Origin: an uncultured Bacteroidales bacterium | Lineage (GTDB): Bacteria > Bacteroidota > Bacteroidia > Bacteroidales > Bacteroidaceae | Assembly: GCA_902775385.1 (NCBI GenBank) | Contig: CACYMI010000001.1 | Coordinates: 22,442-86,441 of the forward strand | Reading direction: 5' to 3' | DNA: 64,000 nt | Part shown: piece by piece, positions 21,314-30,085 of the stretch | Layout: every line of letters starts with the position of its first letter | How positions within the stretch are numbered: the stretch's first letter is position 1 | Translations under genes and position numbers: made by a program | The notes under the pieces: generated by a model | Seen by the model: the letters and a program-made list of their open reading frames with translations, nothing else | The model's database searches: none | Told to the model about the DNA's origin: nothing

Positions 21314-21321
21314 TAATTTTG
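21314..21321 (+). promoter_or_regulatory. -7 promoter box TAATTTTG
   Basis: Exact TAnnTTTG match, 20 nt upstream of the ATG at 21341. Confidence 0.5.
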
Positions 21322-21340
21322 CAGACAAAAGTACAGAGAT

Positions 21341-24307
21341 ATGCAACTGAAAGATACCTCGTTTGTAGATTTGATGCTGAACCGCATCTGTAACGTACTG
21401 CTGATAGCCAACCCCTATGATGCTTTCATGCTGGAGGATGACGGTCGTGTGGATGAGAAGATCTTCTCGGAATATGCACGTCTGGGACTAAGGTTCCCTC
21501 CCCGATTCATCCAGGTAGCCAGCAAAGAGGAGGCCGAAAGGCAGATGGCCGGCGGCAACATAGACCTGGTGATATGTATGCCTGCCGCCGAGGACAACAG
21601 TGTCTTTGACATCGCCCGCTCCATCAAGCAGATCTACACCTCCATCCCCATCGTGGTACTGACCCCGTTCAGCCATGGTATCACAAAGCGTATGCAGAAC
21701 GAGGACCTTTCCGTCTTTGAATACGTGTTCTGCTGGCTGGGCAATACCGAGCTGTTGCTGTCCATCATCAAACTGATGGAGGACCGCATGAACCTGGAGC
21801 ACGACATCCAGAGTGCAGGCGTACAGATGATTCTGGTAGTAGAGGACAGCATCCGCTTCTACAGCAGCATCCTGCCCAGCCTGTATAACTTCGTCCTGCA
21901 GCAGAGCCTGGAGTTTGCCACAGAAGCCCTGAACACCTCATTGGAGACACTGCGCATGCGTGGCCGCCCGAAGATTGTGCTGGCCCGCAACTACGAGGAA
22001 GCCTGGCTTCTGTATAGCAGGTTCGCCAATAATACGCTGGGGGTTATCAGCGACTGCCGTTTCCCCATGACTCCCGACTCGGATAAGGATGAGGATGCCG
22101 GATTCAAACTGCTGAGCGCCATCCGTGCCAATGACCCGTACATCCCCCTGATTCTGAACTCATCAGAGTCTGAGAAGGCTGTACTGGCAGACCGGTGCAG
22201 CGCACGTTTCATAGACAAGAACTCCAAAAAGATGGCCGTGGATCTTCGCAATCTCGTACAGCGATTCTTCGGCTTCGGAGATTTCGTCTTCCGCAACCCC
22301 GACACCATGGAGGAAGTGGTTAGAATCCACAACCTGAAAGACCTGCAGGACAACATCATGACGGTTCCGGCCCGGAGCCTGCTCTACCATATCAGCCACA
22401 ACAATGTAAGCCGCTGGCTGGCAAGCCGCGCCCTTTTCCCCATCTCCGAGTTCCTGAAGAACATCACTTGGGAGAACCTGCAGGATGTGGATGCGCACCG
22501 CCAGATTATCCTGGATGCCATCGTGGCCTACCGCAGGATGAAGAACCAGGGCGTGGTGGCCGTATTTCAGCGCGAGCGATTCGACCAATACTCCAACTTC
22601 GCGCGTATCGGTGACGGCAGCCTGGGCGGAAAGGGCCGTGGTCTGGCCTTCATCGACCACATTCTGATGCGCCATACCGACCTGAACGAGTACCCGGGTG
22701 CCCAGGTGCGTATTCCCAAGACCGTTGTACTGTGCACCGATATCTTTGACGAGTTCATGGATACCAACGAACTGTATCAGGTAGCACTGAGCGACCTGCC
22801 CGACGAGACCATCCTGCAGCACTTCCTCCGCGCCCGCCTGCCCATGCGTCTGCTGGGTGACCTGGAAGCATTCCTCTCGGTAGTCAGTACGCCTATTGCC
22901 ATACGCAGCAGCAGTCTGCTGGAGGATTCGCATTACCAGCCCTTCGCCGGCGTCTATACCACATATATGATTCCCTACAGCTCGGACAAATACGAGCGTC
23001 TCTCCATGCTGGCCAGTGCCATAAAGGCCGTATATGCCAGCGTCTTCTATCAGGGAAGCAAGGATTACATGACAGCCACCAGCAATGTGATAGATCAGGA
23101 GAAGATGGCCGTAATCCTGCAAGAAGTGGTAGGCGAACAGCACGGAGACCGCTTCTATCCCGTAATCAGCGGCGTGGCCCGCAGCATCAACTACTACCCT
23201 ATCGGTGACGAGAAGGCCGAAGAGGGAACCGTCTCACTGGCTATGGGACTGGGCAAGTACATTGTGGACGGTGGCGTAAGCCTGCGGGTATGCCCCTACC
23301 ATCCCCATCAGGTACTGCAGATGAGCGAGATGGAGACAGCGCTCCGCGATACACAGACACATATCCTTGCCCTGAGAACCAAGAAGGAGGAAAGCGATAA
23401 GGAATTCAAAGTGGATGACGGATTCAATCTGGTCAAAGTCCCCGTCCGAGACACCGAACAGGACGGTACCCTGCAATGGATATCCTCGACCTTCGACCCG
23501 TATGACCAGTGCATCTACGACGGATATTACGAAGGGAAGAGCCGCAAGATCATCTCCTTTGCCGGCGTACTGAAACACGATGTATTCCCCCTTCCTGAGA
23601 TAATGCAGAAGGTGCTCAAGTACGGTCAGGATGAAATGAAACGTCCTGTGGAAATTGAGTTTGCCGTTAACCTGCATGCCGACAAGACGGGCGAGTTCTA
23701 CATGCTGCAGATCCGCCCCATGGTGGACAACCGCATGGAACTGAACGAGGATATCACCCAGATTCCGGACGAGGACTGCCTGCTGCGCTCGCACAATGCC
23801 ATCGGGCAGGGAATATTCACCGATATAAAAGATATTGTGTATGTAAAGACCGACGGTTACTCACCCAGTCATAACTACGAGATAGCCGAGGAGATTGAGC
23901 ACATCAACCGCAAGTTCCTGCAGGAACCCGCTGCCTCATACGTCCTCATTGGCCCCGGCCGCTGGGGAAGCAGCGACTCCTGGTTGGGCATTCCCGTGAA
24001 ATGGCCCCACATCAGCGCCTCGCAGATAATCATCGAGGCAGGACTGGACAACTATCAGGTGGACCCCAGCCAGGGTACCCACTTCTTCCAGAACCTCACT
24101 TCACTGGGTGTATGCTACCTGACCATAGATGCCTTCCGCGGCGACGGAATTTACCGTCAGGAGATGCTGAACCAGCTGCCCGCCGTAGAGGAGACCGAGC
24201 ACGTACGACACGTCCGCTTCGCCAGCCCGCTGACCATCAAGGTGGACGGCTTTAAGAAAGAAGCAGTAATAATGGCTGGGCTATCAACCGCTAATTATGA
24301 ATTATGA
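21341..24307 (+). CDS. Receiver-domain protein fused to a PEP/pyruvate-binding (PPDK_N, ATP-grasp) domain; no phosphohistidine swivel domain seen
   Basis: There are two N-terminal CheY-like modules. The second has ILVVEDS and LGVISDCRFPM. A central GGKGRGLAF matches the GGKGANL nucleotide-binding motif of PpsA/PPDK. No TSHAA-type phosphohistidine motif is visible. Confidence 0.7.
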   Translation: MQLKDTSFVDLMLNRICNVLLIANPYDAFMLEDDGRVDEKIFSEYARLGLRFPPRFIQVASKEEAERQMAGGNIDLVICMPAAEDNSVFDIARSIKQIYTSIPIVVLTPFSHGITKRMQNEDLSVFEYVFCWLGNTELLLSIIKLMEDRMNLEHDIQSAGVQMILVVEDSIRFYSSILPSLYNFVLQQSLEFATEALNTSLETLRMRGRPKIVLARNYEEAWLLYSRFANNTLGVISDCRFPMTPDSDKDEDAGFKLLSAIRANDPYIPLILNSSESEKAVLADRCSARFIDKNSKKMAVDLRNLVQRFFGFGDFVFRNPDTMEEVVRIHNLKDLQDNIMTVPARSLLYHISHNNVSRWLASRALFPISEFLKNITWENLQDVDAHRQIILDAIVAYRRMKNQGVVAVFQRERFDQYSNFARIGDGSLGGKGRGLAFIDHILMRHTDLNEYPGAQVRIPKTVVLCTDIFDEFMDTNELYQVALSDLPDETILQHFLRARLPMRLLGDLEAFLSVVSTPIAIRSSSLLEDSHYQPFAGVYTTYMIPYSSDKYERLSMLASAIKAVYASVFYQGSKDYMTATSNVIDQEKMAVILQEVVGEQHGDRFYPVISGVARSINYYPIGDEKAEEGTVSLAMGLGKYIVDGGVSLRVCPYHPHQVLQMSEMETALRDTQTHILALRTKKEESDKEFKVDDGFNLVKVPVRDTEQDGTLQWISSTFDPYDQCIYDGYYEGKSRKIISFAGVLKHDVFPLPEIMQKVLKYGQDEMKRPVEIEFAVNLHADKTGEFYMLQIRPMVDNRMELNEDITQIPDEDCLLRSHNAIGQGIFTDIKDIVYVKTDGYSPSHNYEIAEEIEHINRKFLQEPAASYVLIGPGRWGSSDSWLGIPVKWPHISASQIIIEAGLDNYQVDPSQGTHFFQNLTSLGVCYLTIDAFRGDGIYRQEMLNQLPAVEETEHVRHVRFASPLTIKVDGFKKEAVIMAGLSTANYEL

Positions 24308-25698
24308 ATTACGAATTATTAAACGCCATAAATGATGCAGTATGGACCTACGTGGTGATAACCACGCTGGTAGGATGCGCCCTGTATTTTACCTGGAACC
24401 TCAGAGCCGTGCAGTTTACCATGCTTCCCACCATGCTGCGCAACCTGTTCAAACCGACAAAAGAAAGTCTCGGAGATACCGGGAAGGTAAAGACTATTTC
24501 CTCATTCCAGGCTTTTGCCATCAGTCTGTCCAGTCGGGTGGGAACAGGTAATCTGGCAGGTGTGGCCAGTGCCATCTTTGTAGGAGGCCCCGGTGCCGTA
24601 TTCTGGATGTGGGTAATGGCCCTGTTGGGAGCCAGCACAGCATTCATGGAGGCTACACTGGCTCAGCTCTTCAAGCGGCAGGGCAGAAGCAGTTTCTATG
24701 GCGGCCCGGCCTATTATATGAAGTACGGCCTGAAACGGCCCTGGATGGGAATCCTCTTTGCCATCCTTATCATCTTCGGCTTCGGACTGGCCAACCAGCT
24801 GGTGCAGAGCAATACCCTATGTGAAGCCATCAGCAATGCCTTCCACATTCCCGTCAATTATGTAGCGATGTCAATAGCCGTAATGACCCTGCTCATTATC
24901 TTCGGCGGCGTTCAGCGCATCGCACGCTTCTGTGCCTGGATAGTACCCGTCATGGCCATGGGCTATATCCTGCTGGCCATCTATATCCTGTTCATCAATA
25001 TCACAGAGATTCCCGCCATGCTGAGCCTGATCATACGCAGTGCCTTCGGATGGGAGCAGGCAGCCGGCGGAGCAGTCGGCACAGCCGTCATGCAAGGAGT
25101 CAGACGAGGACTTTTCAGCAACGAGGCAGGTGAAGGAAGTGCTCCTAATGCCGCAGCCACAGCCACCATAGCCCACCCCGTCTCACAAGGCCTTATGCAA
25201 AGCCTCGGAGTCTTTACCGACACACTGGTTATCTGTACTTGTACCGCCTTCATCATCCTGCTGAGCGGACTGTACACCAAGGACTATGACGGTATCATTC
25301 TCACCCGGCAGGCCATGGAGCACCATTTGGGAAGTTTCGGCAGCTGGTTCCTGGTGGCTGCCATCTTCATGTTCGCCTTCAGCACCATCATCGCCAACTA
25401 CTTTTACGGCGAGACAAATATCCGCTTCATCACCCATAAGCACTGGGCACTCTTCGTATTCCGCCTGCTAAGCGGCATAACAATCCTGCTGGGCGGATAT
25501 ATGACCCTGCAGCAGACATGGAGTATTGTGGATATGGCCATGGCACTGATGACAACACTGAACCTCATTGCCGTGGTATGGCTGAGCAAATATGTCTTCC
25601 GTCTGCTACAGGACTACCTGAAACAGCGCAAAGAAGGCAAGGAACCCGTGTTCCATAAAGACTTGTTCCCCGATGCAGACCTGGAAGCATGGGAGTAA
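24304..25698 (+). CDS. Alanine/glycine:cation symporter (AGCS family)
   Basis: Polytopic membrane protein with AGCS-type motifs (SSRVGTGNLAGVA, GGPGAVFWMW). Its start overlaps the upstream stop (ATGA). Confidence 0.9.
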   Translation: MNYELLNAINDAVWTYVVITTLVGCALYFTWNLRAVQFTMLPTMLRNLFKPTKESLGDTGKVKTISSFQAFAISLSSRVGTGNLAGVASAIFVGGPGAVFWMWVMALLGASTAFMEATLAQLFKRQGRSSFYGGPAYYMKYGLKRPWMGILFAILIIFGFGLANQLVQSNTLCEAISNAFHIPVNYVAMSIAVMTLLIIFGGVQRIARFCAWIVPVMAMGYILLAIYILFINITEIPAMLSLIIRSAFGWEQAAGGAVGTAVMQGVRRGLFSNEAGEGSAPNAAATATIAHPVSQGLMQSLGVFTDTLVICTCTAFIILLSGLYTKDYDGIILTRQAMEHHLGSFGSWFLVAAIFMFAFSTIIANYFYGETNIRFITHKHWALFVFRLLSGITILLGGYMTLQQTWSIVDMAMALMTTLNLIAVVWLSKYVFRLLQDYLKQRKEGKEPVFHKDLFPDADLEAWE

Positions 25699-25701
25699 TT
25701 T

Positions 25702-25733
25702 AGTTGACGAGTTGACAGTTGACAGTTGACAGT
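25702..25733. repeat. Heptamer satellite (AGTTGAC) x4
   Basis: agttgac g agttgac agttgac agttgac, lying between the symporter stop and the thiD start. Confidence 0.9.
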
Positions 25734-25746
25734 TTAATTTTGAATT

Positions 25747-26517
25747 ATGGATTTTGAATCAACCAATACCGGAAAGGTATTTCTTATAGCCGGCAGCGAG
25801 CCGTTGGGCAGCGCCGGAGTACAGGCCGACATAAAGGCCATCACACGCTGCGGCGGCTGGGCTGCGGCAGCACTCACCTGTATAGTAGATGAGGATGTTA
25901 ACCGCATCAAGGGCATTCATCATCTGCCCACGGACCTGATTGTCTCTCAGGCAGAATCCTTCCTCAGTACCGTCGGAGCCGACTGCATCAAGACAGGTGT
26001 ACTGCCCAGTGCCGAAATCATAAACGGAGTGGCAGCCGTACTCCGCAAGTACAACCGACAACCCATCCTCATTGACCCCGTTATCGTCAACTTTGCAGGC
26101 GAACAGCTGGTAAGCGATGAGGCCATCCGGGCTTATAAGGAACAGCTCTTCCCCCTGGCTACCATTATCACCCCCAACTTCCGCGAAGCGGAATTTCTGC
26201 TGGGACACAAGCTGGAAGATGTGGAGGCAGACCTACGCTGGCTCAGCCACTGGGGCAGCTCCGTTATCGTAAAGAGCGTGGATGAGGGAAAATACCTGGT
26301 AGATTACCTCTATGACAGGAATACTGACACCCTGACTCCCCATCCCAAGAAGAAACTCCTGCTTACTGACCGTAACGGCACAGGTGACACCCTGGCATCC
26401 GCCATTGCCACCCATCTGGCCAAAGGGGAAGACCTGCAGACCGCCGTATCGCGTGCCGAGGCTTATATGAACTACTTCCTGGCAGGCCCCCGCTACTACA
26501 TCAGCGTAGGAAAATAA
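25747..26517 (+). CDS. thiD: Hydroxymethylpyrimidine/phosphomethylpyrimidine kinase
   Basis: Ribokinase-fold ThiD motifs AGSEPLGSAGVQADIKA and NGTGDTLASAIATHLAKG; 256 aa. Confidence 0.8.
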   Translation: MDFESTNTGKVFLIAGSEPLGSAGVQADIKAITRCGGWAAAALTCIVDEDVNRIKGIHHLPTDLIVSQAESFLSTVGADCIKTGVLPSAEIINGVAAVLRKYNRQPILIDPVIVNFAGEQLVSDEAIRAYKEQLFPLATIITPNFREAEFLLGHKLEDVEADLRWLSHWGSSVIVKSVDEGKYLVDYLYDRNTDTLTPHPKKKLLLTDRNGTGDTLASAIATHLAKGEDLQTAVSRAEAYMNYFLAGPRYYISVGK

Positions 26518-26602
26518 AATACCAACTGGCGCAAGCCATCCAAATCCCGAAGGATTGACTGCGTCCATCCCGTTGGCTGGCGCAAGCCATCCAACGAAAG
26601 GA

Positions 26603-26656
26603 AAAAAGAATCTCCGAAGGTTTGAAAGTAAACTTTCATCTTCGGAGATTCTTTTT
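26603..26656. terminator. Bidirectional terminator hairpin between thiD and tRNA-Arg
   Basis: Perfect 17-bp stem AAAAAGAATCTCCGAAG (26603-26619) / CTTCGGAGATTCTTTTT (26640-26656). An A-tract lies on one side and a T-tract on the other. An inner TGAAAGT/ACTTTCA stem sits in the loop. Confidence 0.8.
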
Positions 26657-26664
26657 CCTTTTCG

Positions 26665-26738
26665 TGATCCCGGAGGGATTCTAACCCTCGACCTTCAGAA
26701 CCGGAATCTGACGCTCTATACAGCTAAGCTACGGGACC
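26665..26738 (-). tRNA. tRNA-Arg (anticodon CCG)
   Basis: The reverse complement folds as a cloverleaf: acceptor GGUCCCG/CGGGAUC, anticodon stem UCAGA/UCUGA with loop UUCCGGU, T arm GAGGG-UUAGAAU-CCCUC, discriminator A. No CCA is encoded. Confidence 0.9.
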
Positions 26739-26813
26739 GTTTCGCCCTAAGGCGATGCAAAGATACAATAAATAAGGGAAATAAGGAACTAATTTGCCCT
26801 AAAAAACGTTTCC

Positions 26814-29015
26814 CTATTGCAGATATTGCTTAAAGTGCTGTGTAATCTGGCGAAACAGATGCACTCGGGTATTGCCACCGCTGATGCCGTGGTTGCGATT
26901 GGTATAGGTCAGCTGGCGGAAATCCTTGTCGGCCTGAACCAACGCCTCGGTATATTCGGCAACATTACGGTAGTGCACGTTATCGTCAGCCGTACCCTGG
27001 CAGATAAGCAGATGGCCATGCAACTGGCCGGCCCTGCCTATGGGGCTTACATCATAGCCCTCGGCATTCTCCTTGGGAGTCCGCATATAGCGCTCGGTAT
27101 ATACCGAGTCATAATAACGCCAGTCAGTAGGAGGTGCTACGGCTACGCCGGCAGCAAATACCGGACGGCCCTCGCTCATGCTCATCAGGGTATTGAAACC
27201 TCCAAAGCTCCAGCCCCAGATACCGATACGGTCCTTGTCAACATAGGGTAAGGTGCCCAGATACAGGGCAGTCTCTACCTGATCACGGCTTTCCAGCTGA
27301 CCCAGCCTCAGATAGGTGCACTGCTCAAAGTCACGGCCGCGTCCGCCTGTTCCCCTTCCGTCCACACATACACAGATGAATCCCTGCTGGCAGAGATACT
27401 GCTCGTACAGCGTTCCGCCCATATTGCCGGCATTCCAGCTGTCCACTACCTGCTGACTGCCGGGACCGCTGTACTGGTGCATCACCACCGGGTACTTCTT
27501 ATTCTGGGAGAAATCGGCAGGCAGTACCATAAAGCCGTTCAGCTCTACCCCGTCCTGCGTCCTGAAGGTAAAGAACCGGCGTTCGCCCAACTTCAGGGCT
27601 GAGAGTTTCTGTCTCAGTTCAGCATTATCCTCCAATATCTTCAGCGTCTTGCCGTTAGCATCGCATAGTGTAGTGACATGGGGAGTATTCAGGTTGCTGT
27701 ACACATTCATATAGTAACGCAGTCCGCGACTGAAGGTTGCCCGGTTGGTACCGCGTTCCTGGCTGAGCCTGGTAACCTTGCCCTTAGCATCAGCCTTATA
27801 GACGGCACGGCAGAGCGGACTCTCCTCAGTACCGGCATAATAGACAGTGCCCGACTTGGCATCATAGCCGTAGAAGTCCGTCACCACGAATTCGCCCTTG
27901 GTAAGCTGGCGGCGCATAGTACCGGTCAGGTCATACAGGTACAGATGATTGAAGCCGCTGCGCTCACTCATCATGATAAAGCCGTCATCCTGCACCTGAA
28001 AGCTCTTGTAAACCTCCTCGGGAATGTATTTCTCAGCCTGCTCACGTACAATCACGCGGCATTCAGTACTGCGGGGATTAGCCAGATAGATGTCCAGACA
28101 GTCCTGATGACGGTTATTGGTCAGGATCAGCAGCTTCTCAGGATCCCTGGTAAAAAAGATGCGGGGCACATATCCGTCCTCGGGAATGGGCAGCTGCATC
28201 TTACGTATCACACGGCTCTTGATGTCAAAACTGTGTACACTTACCACGCTGTTGCGGGCACCGGCAATGGGATACTTGTAATCGTATGAACCGGGATAAG
28301 CGGCATATTCCTTCAGCTCAGGACTCATACCTCTATACCAGGGGAAACTGAACATAGGCACCTGAGTCTCGTCATACCGTATCCAGGCTATCATGGTGTT
28401 GTCCTCGTTGAAGTCAAAGGCACGGTTAAAGGAGAACTCCTCCTCGTTCACCCAGTCGGGCTTGCCGTTTATCACCTCATTGAACTTGCCGTCCTTGGTA
28501 ATCTGGCTCTCGCTGTTGTTGAAAAGAAGCTTCACCAGGAACAGATTGCCCTCACGCACAAAGGCTACCATATTGCCGTCACGGCTCCACAGGGGAACCT
28601 CCTGGGGACCGCCGTCGCTCAGACGGGCTACGGTGCGGTTCTTTACATTATATATATAATACTGGGCCGTACGGCTGTGACGATAGATGTTTTTGGTCTC
28701 GGTACGCAAGAGGATATTCTGCTCATTGGGGCTCATGATATAACCGTCAATATGCGGCAACTGGATACGGGTCTTGATATTATCCGCATCAAAGATCACA
28801 TCCGTCTGCTCACCGGTACGGAAACTCTTACGCACAATCTTCTTGCCGCCGTCAATCATCTGACTATAGCTCTCGCCGTCAAGAAGGGGGTTCACACCAT
28901 AAATCTGCCTGGAATAATAAGCCCCACGGCAGAGGTCAGTAAGTTGGATTTCACCGGCTGCCCGCAAACCGCAGCATACACTAAGAACAGCTATAAAAAA
29001 AAGTAAACGCTTCAT
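26814..29015 (-). CDS. Dipeptidyl-peptidase IV (S9B prolyl oligopeptidase family)
   Basis: Start chosen at MKRLLFFIAVLSVCCGLRA (signal peptide) rather than the upstream track start. Catalytic triad motifs are GWSFGGF, GTADDNVH and NRNHGI. The N-terminal part is a DPPIV beta-propeller region. Confidence 0.92.
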   Translation of the reverse strand: MKRLLFFIAVLSVCCGLRAAGEIQLTDLCRGAYYSRQIYGVNPLLDGESYSQMIDGGKKIVRKSFRTGEQTDVIFDADNIKTRIQLPHIDGYIMSPNEQNILLRTETKNIYRHSRTAQYYIYNVKNRTVARLSDGGPQEVPLWSRDGNMVAFVREGNLFLVKLLFNNSESQITKDGKFNEVINGKPDWVNEEEFSFNRAFDFNEDNTMIAWIRYDETQVPMFSFPWYRGMSPELKEYAAYPGSYDYKYPIAGARNSVVSVHSFDIKSRVIRKMQLPIPEDGYVPRIFFTRDPEKLLILTNNRHQDCLDIYLANPRSTECRVIVREQAEKYIPEEVYKSFQVQDDGFIMMSERSGFNHLYLYDLTGTMRRQLTKGEFVVTDFYGYDAKSGTVYYAGTEESPLCRAVYKADAKGKVTRLSQERGTNRATFSRGLRYYMNVYSNLNTPHVTTLCDANGKTLKILEDNAELRQKLSALKLGERRFFTFRTQDGVELNGFMVLPADFSQNKKYPVVMHQYSGPGSQQVVDSWNAGNMGGTLYEQYLCQQGFICVCVDGRGTGGRGRDFEQCTYLRLGQLESRDQVETALYLGTLPYVDKDRIGIWGWSFGGFNTLMSMSEGRPVFAAGVAVAPPTDWRYYDSVYTERYMRTPKENAEGYDVSPIGRAGQLHGHLLICQGTADDNVHYRNVAEYTEALVQADKDFRQLTYTNRNHGISGGNTRVHLFRQITQHFKQYLQ

Positions 29016-29036
29016 GCAATCTTGTTTTTTGGAATG

Positions 29037-29044
29037 CAAAAATA
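29037..29044 (-). promoter_or_regulatory. -7 promoter box (TATTTTTG on the minus strand) for the DPP-IV gene
   Basis: The plus strand reads CAAAAATA, which gives a TAnnTTTG match on the minus strand about 20 nt upstream of the start at 29015. Confidence 0.4.
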
Positions 29045-29099
29045 CAAAAAAAAGAGGCGTAGCGCAAAGAAAGTTACCTTTTTTATGTATTTTTGTGGT

Positions 29100-29978
29100 A
29101 TGAAATACATTGAGTTCGGTCCCTGGCTGCAAGAACAACTGGGTACGAAGGTCCAGAAGATCTCCGTCAACGCCGGTTTTACCTGTCCCAACAGAGACGG
29201 TACAATCGGCTACGGCGGCTGCACCTTCTGCAACAACCAAACCTTCAACCCCGCCTACTGCCAACCCGGCAAGAGCATAACCCGGCAGTTAGAGGAGGGC
29301 AAGCAGTTCTTTGCCCGTAAGTATCCCAGCATGAAGTACCTGGCATACTTTCAGGCCTACACTAACACCTACGGCCAGCTGGAACACCTGAGGGAACTGT
29401 ACGAGGAAGCGCTGCGGGTACCCGATGTGGTGGGATTGGTCATCGGTACCAGGCCGGACTGTATGCCCCCTGCCCTGCTGCAGTACCTGACCGAGCTGAA
29501 CCGCCGCACCTTCCTGATAATAGAATACGGTATAGAGAGCGCCAATGAGGAGACCCTGAAGCGCATCAACCGGGGCCACACCTTCGCATGCTCGGCCCAG
29601 GTCATCCGTCAGACAGCAGCCTGCGGCATCCGCGTAGGAGCCCACATTATCCTGGGATTCCCATGGGAAAGCCGTGAAGAACTGATGCGCCAGGCCGATG
29701 AGATAGCCCGCCTTCCCCTGACAACGCTGAAGCTTCATCAACTGCAGATTATCCGGGGCACCGCCCTGGCCGAAGAATACGCACGGCATCCCTGGACCGT
29801 ACCCACGGCAGAGCAGTACATTGACCTGGTGTTGGAGTATATCACCCACCTGCCCGCCACACTGGTACTGGAACGCTTTGTCAGCCAGAGTCCTCCCGAA
29901 TACGTGATAGCGCCGCAATGGGGCCTTAAGAATTACGAGTTCACCAATCTGGTAAAACGGAAAATGCAGGATTTATAA
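29100..29978 (+). CDS. TIGR01212-family radical SAM protein
   Basis: Start chosen at MKYIEFG. The characteristic motif is FTCPNRDGTIGYGGCTFCN. A TATTTTTG box at 29088-29095 is only 5 nt upstream, suggesting a near-leaderless mRNA. Confidence 0.85.
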   Translation: MKYIEFGPWLQEQLGTKVQKISVNAGFTCPNRDGTIGYGGCTFCNNQTFNPAYCQPGKSITRQLEEGKQFFARKYPSMKYLAYFQAYTNTYGQLEHLRELYEEALRVPDVVGLVIGTRPDCMPPALLQYLTELNRRTFLIIEYGIESANEETLKRINRGHTFACSAQVIRQTAACGIRVGAHIILGFPWESREELMRQADEIARLPLTTLKLHQLQIIRGTALAEEYARHPWTVPTAEQYIDLVLEYITHLPATLVLERFVSQSPPEYVIAPQWGLKNYEFTNLVKRKMQDL

Positions 29979-30040
29979 TCAAAAGTTTGTTTCATAAGAA
30001 AAAAATAATCCCATCTCTTTGCTTTTTTCCCGCTAAGTTG

Positions 30041-30048
30041 TAATTTTG
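30041..30048 (+). promoter_or_regulatory. -7 promoter box TAATTTTG
   Basis: Exact TAnnTTTG match, 38 nt upstream of the ATG at 30086. Confidence 0.5.
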
Positions 30049-30085
30049 TATTCAAAATTTGTTGAAACCTTATATTTAACATTAT

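Noticed and set aside
25702-25733. Four TTGACA hexamers read as sigma-70 -35 boxes.
   Set aside because: Bacteroidota primary promoters use -33 TTTG and -7 TAnnTTTG rather than TTGACA/TATAAT. The hexamers are a by-product of the AGTTGAC heptamer satellite.
29016-29264. Upstream extension of the DPP-IV ORF (track start at 29264). Analogous 5' extensions occur at 41180..41464 (cbiGF), 29022..29099, 49709..49759 and 50967..51017.
   Set aside because: The extensions overlap neighbouring genes or promoters and lack signal or motif content. Internal starts give canonical N-termini: signal peptide MKRLLFF, CbiG MQKIAVI, the P-loop of CbiA, and CobS FFTRLP.
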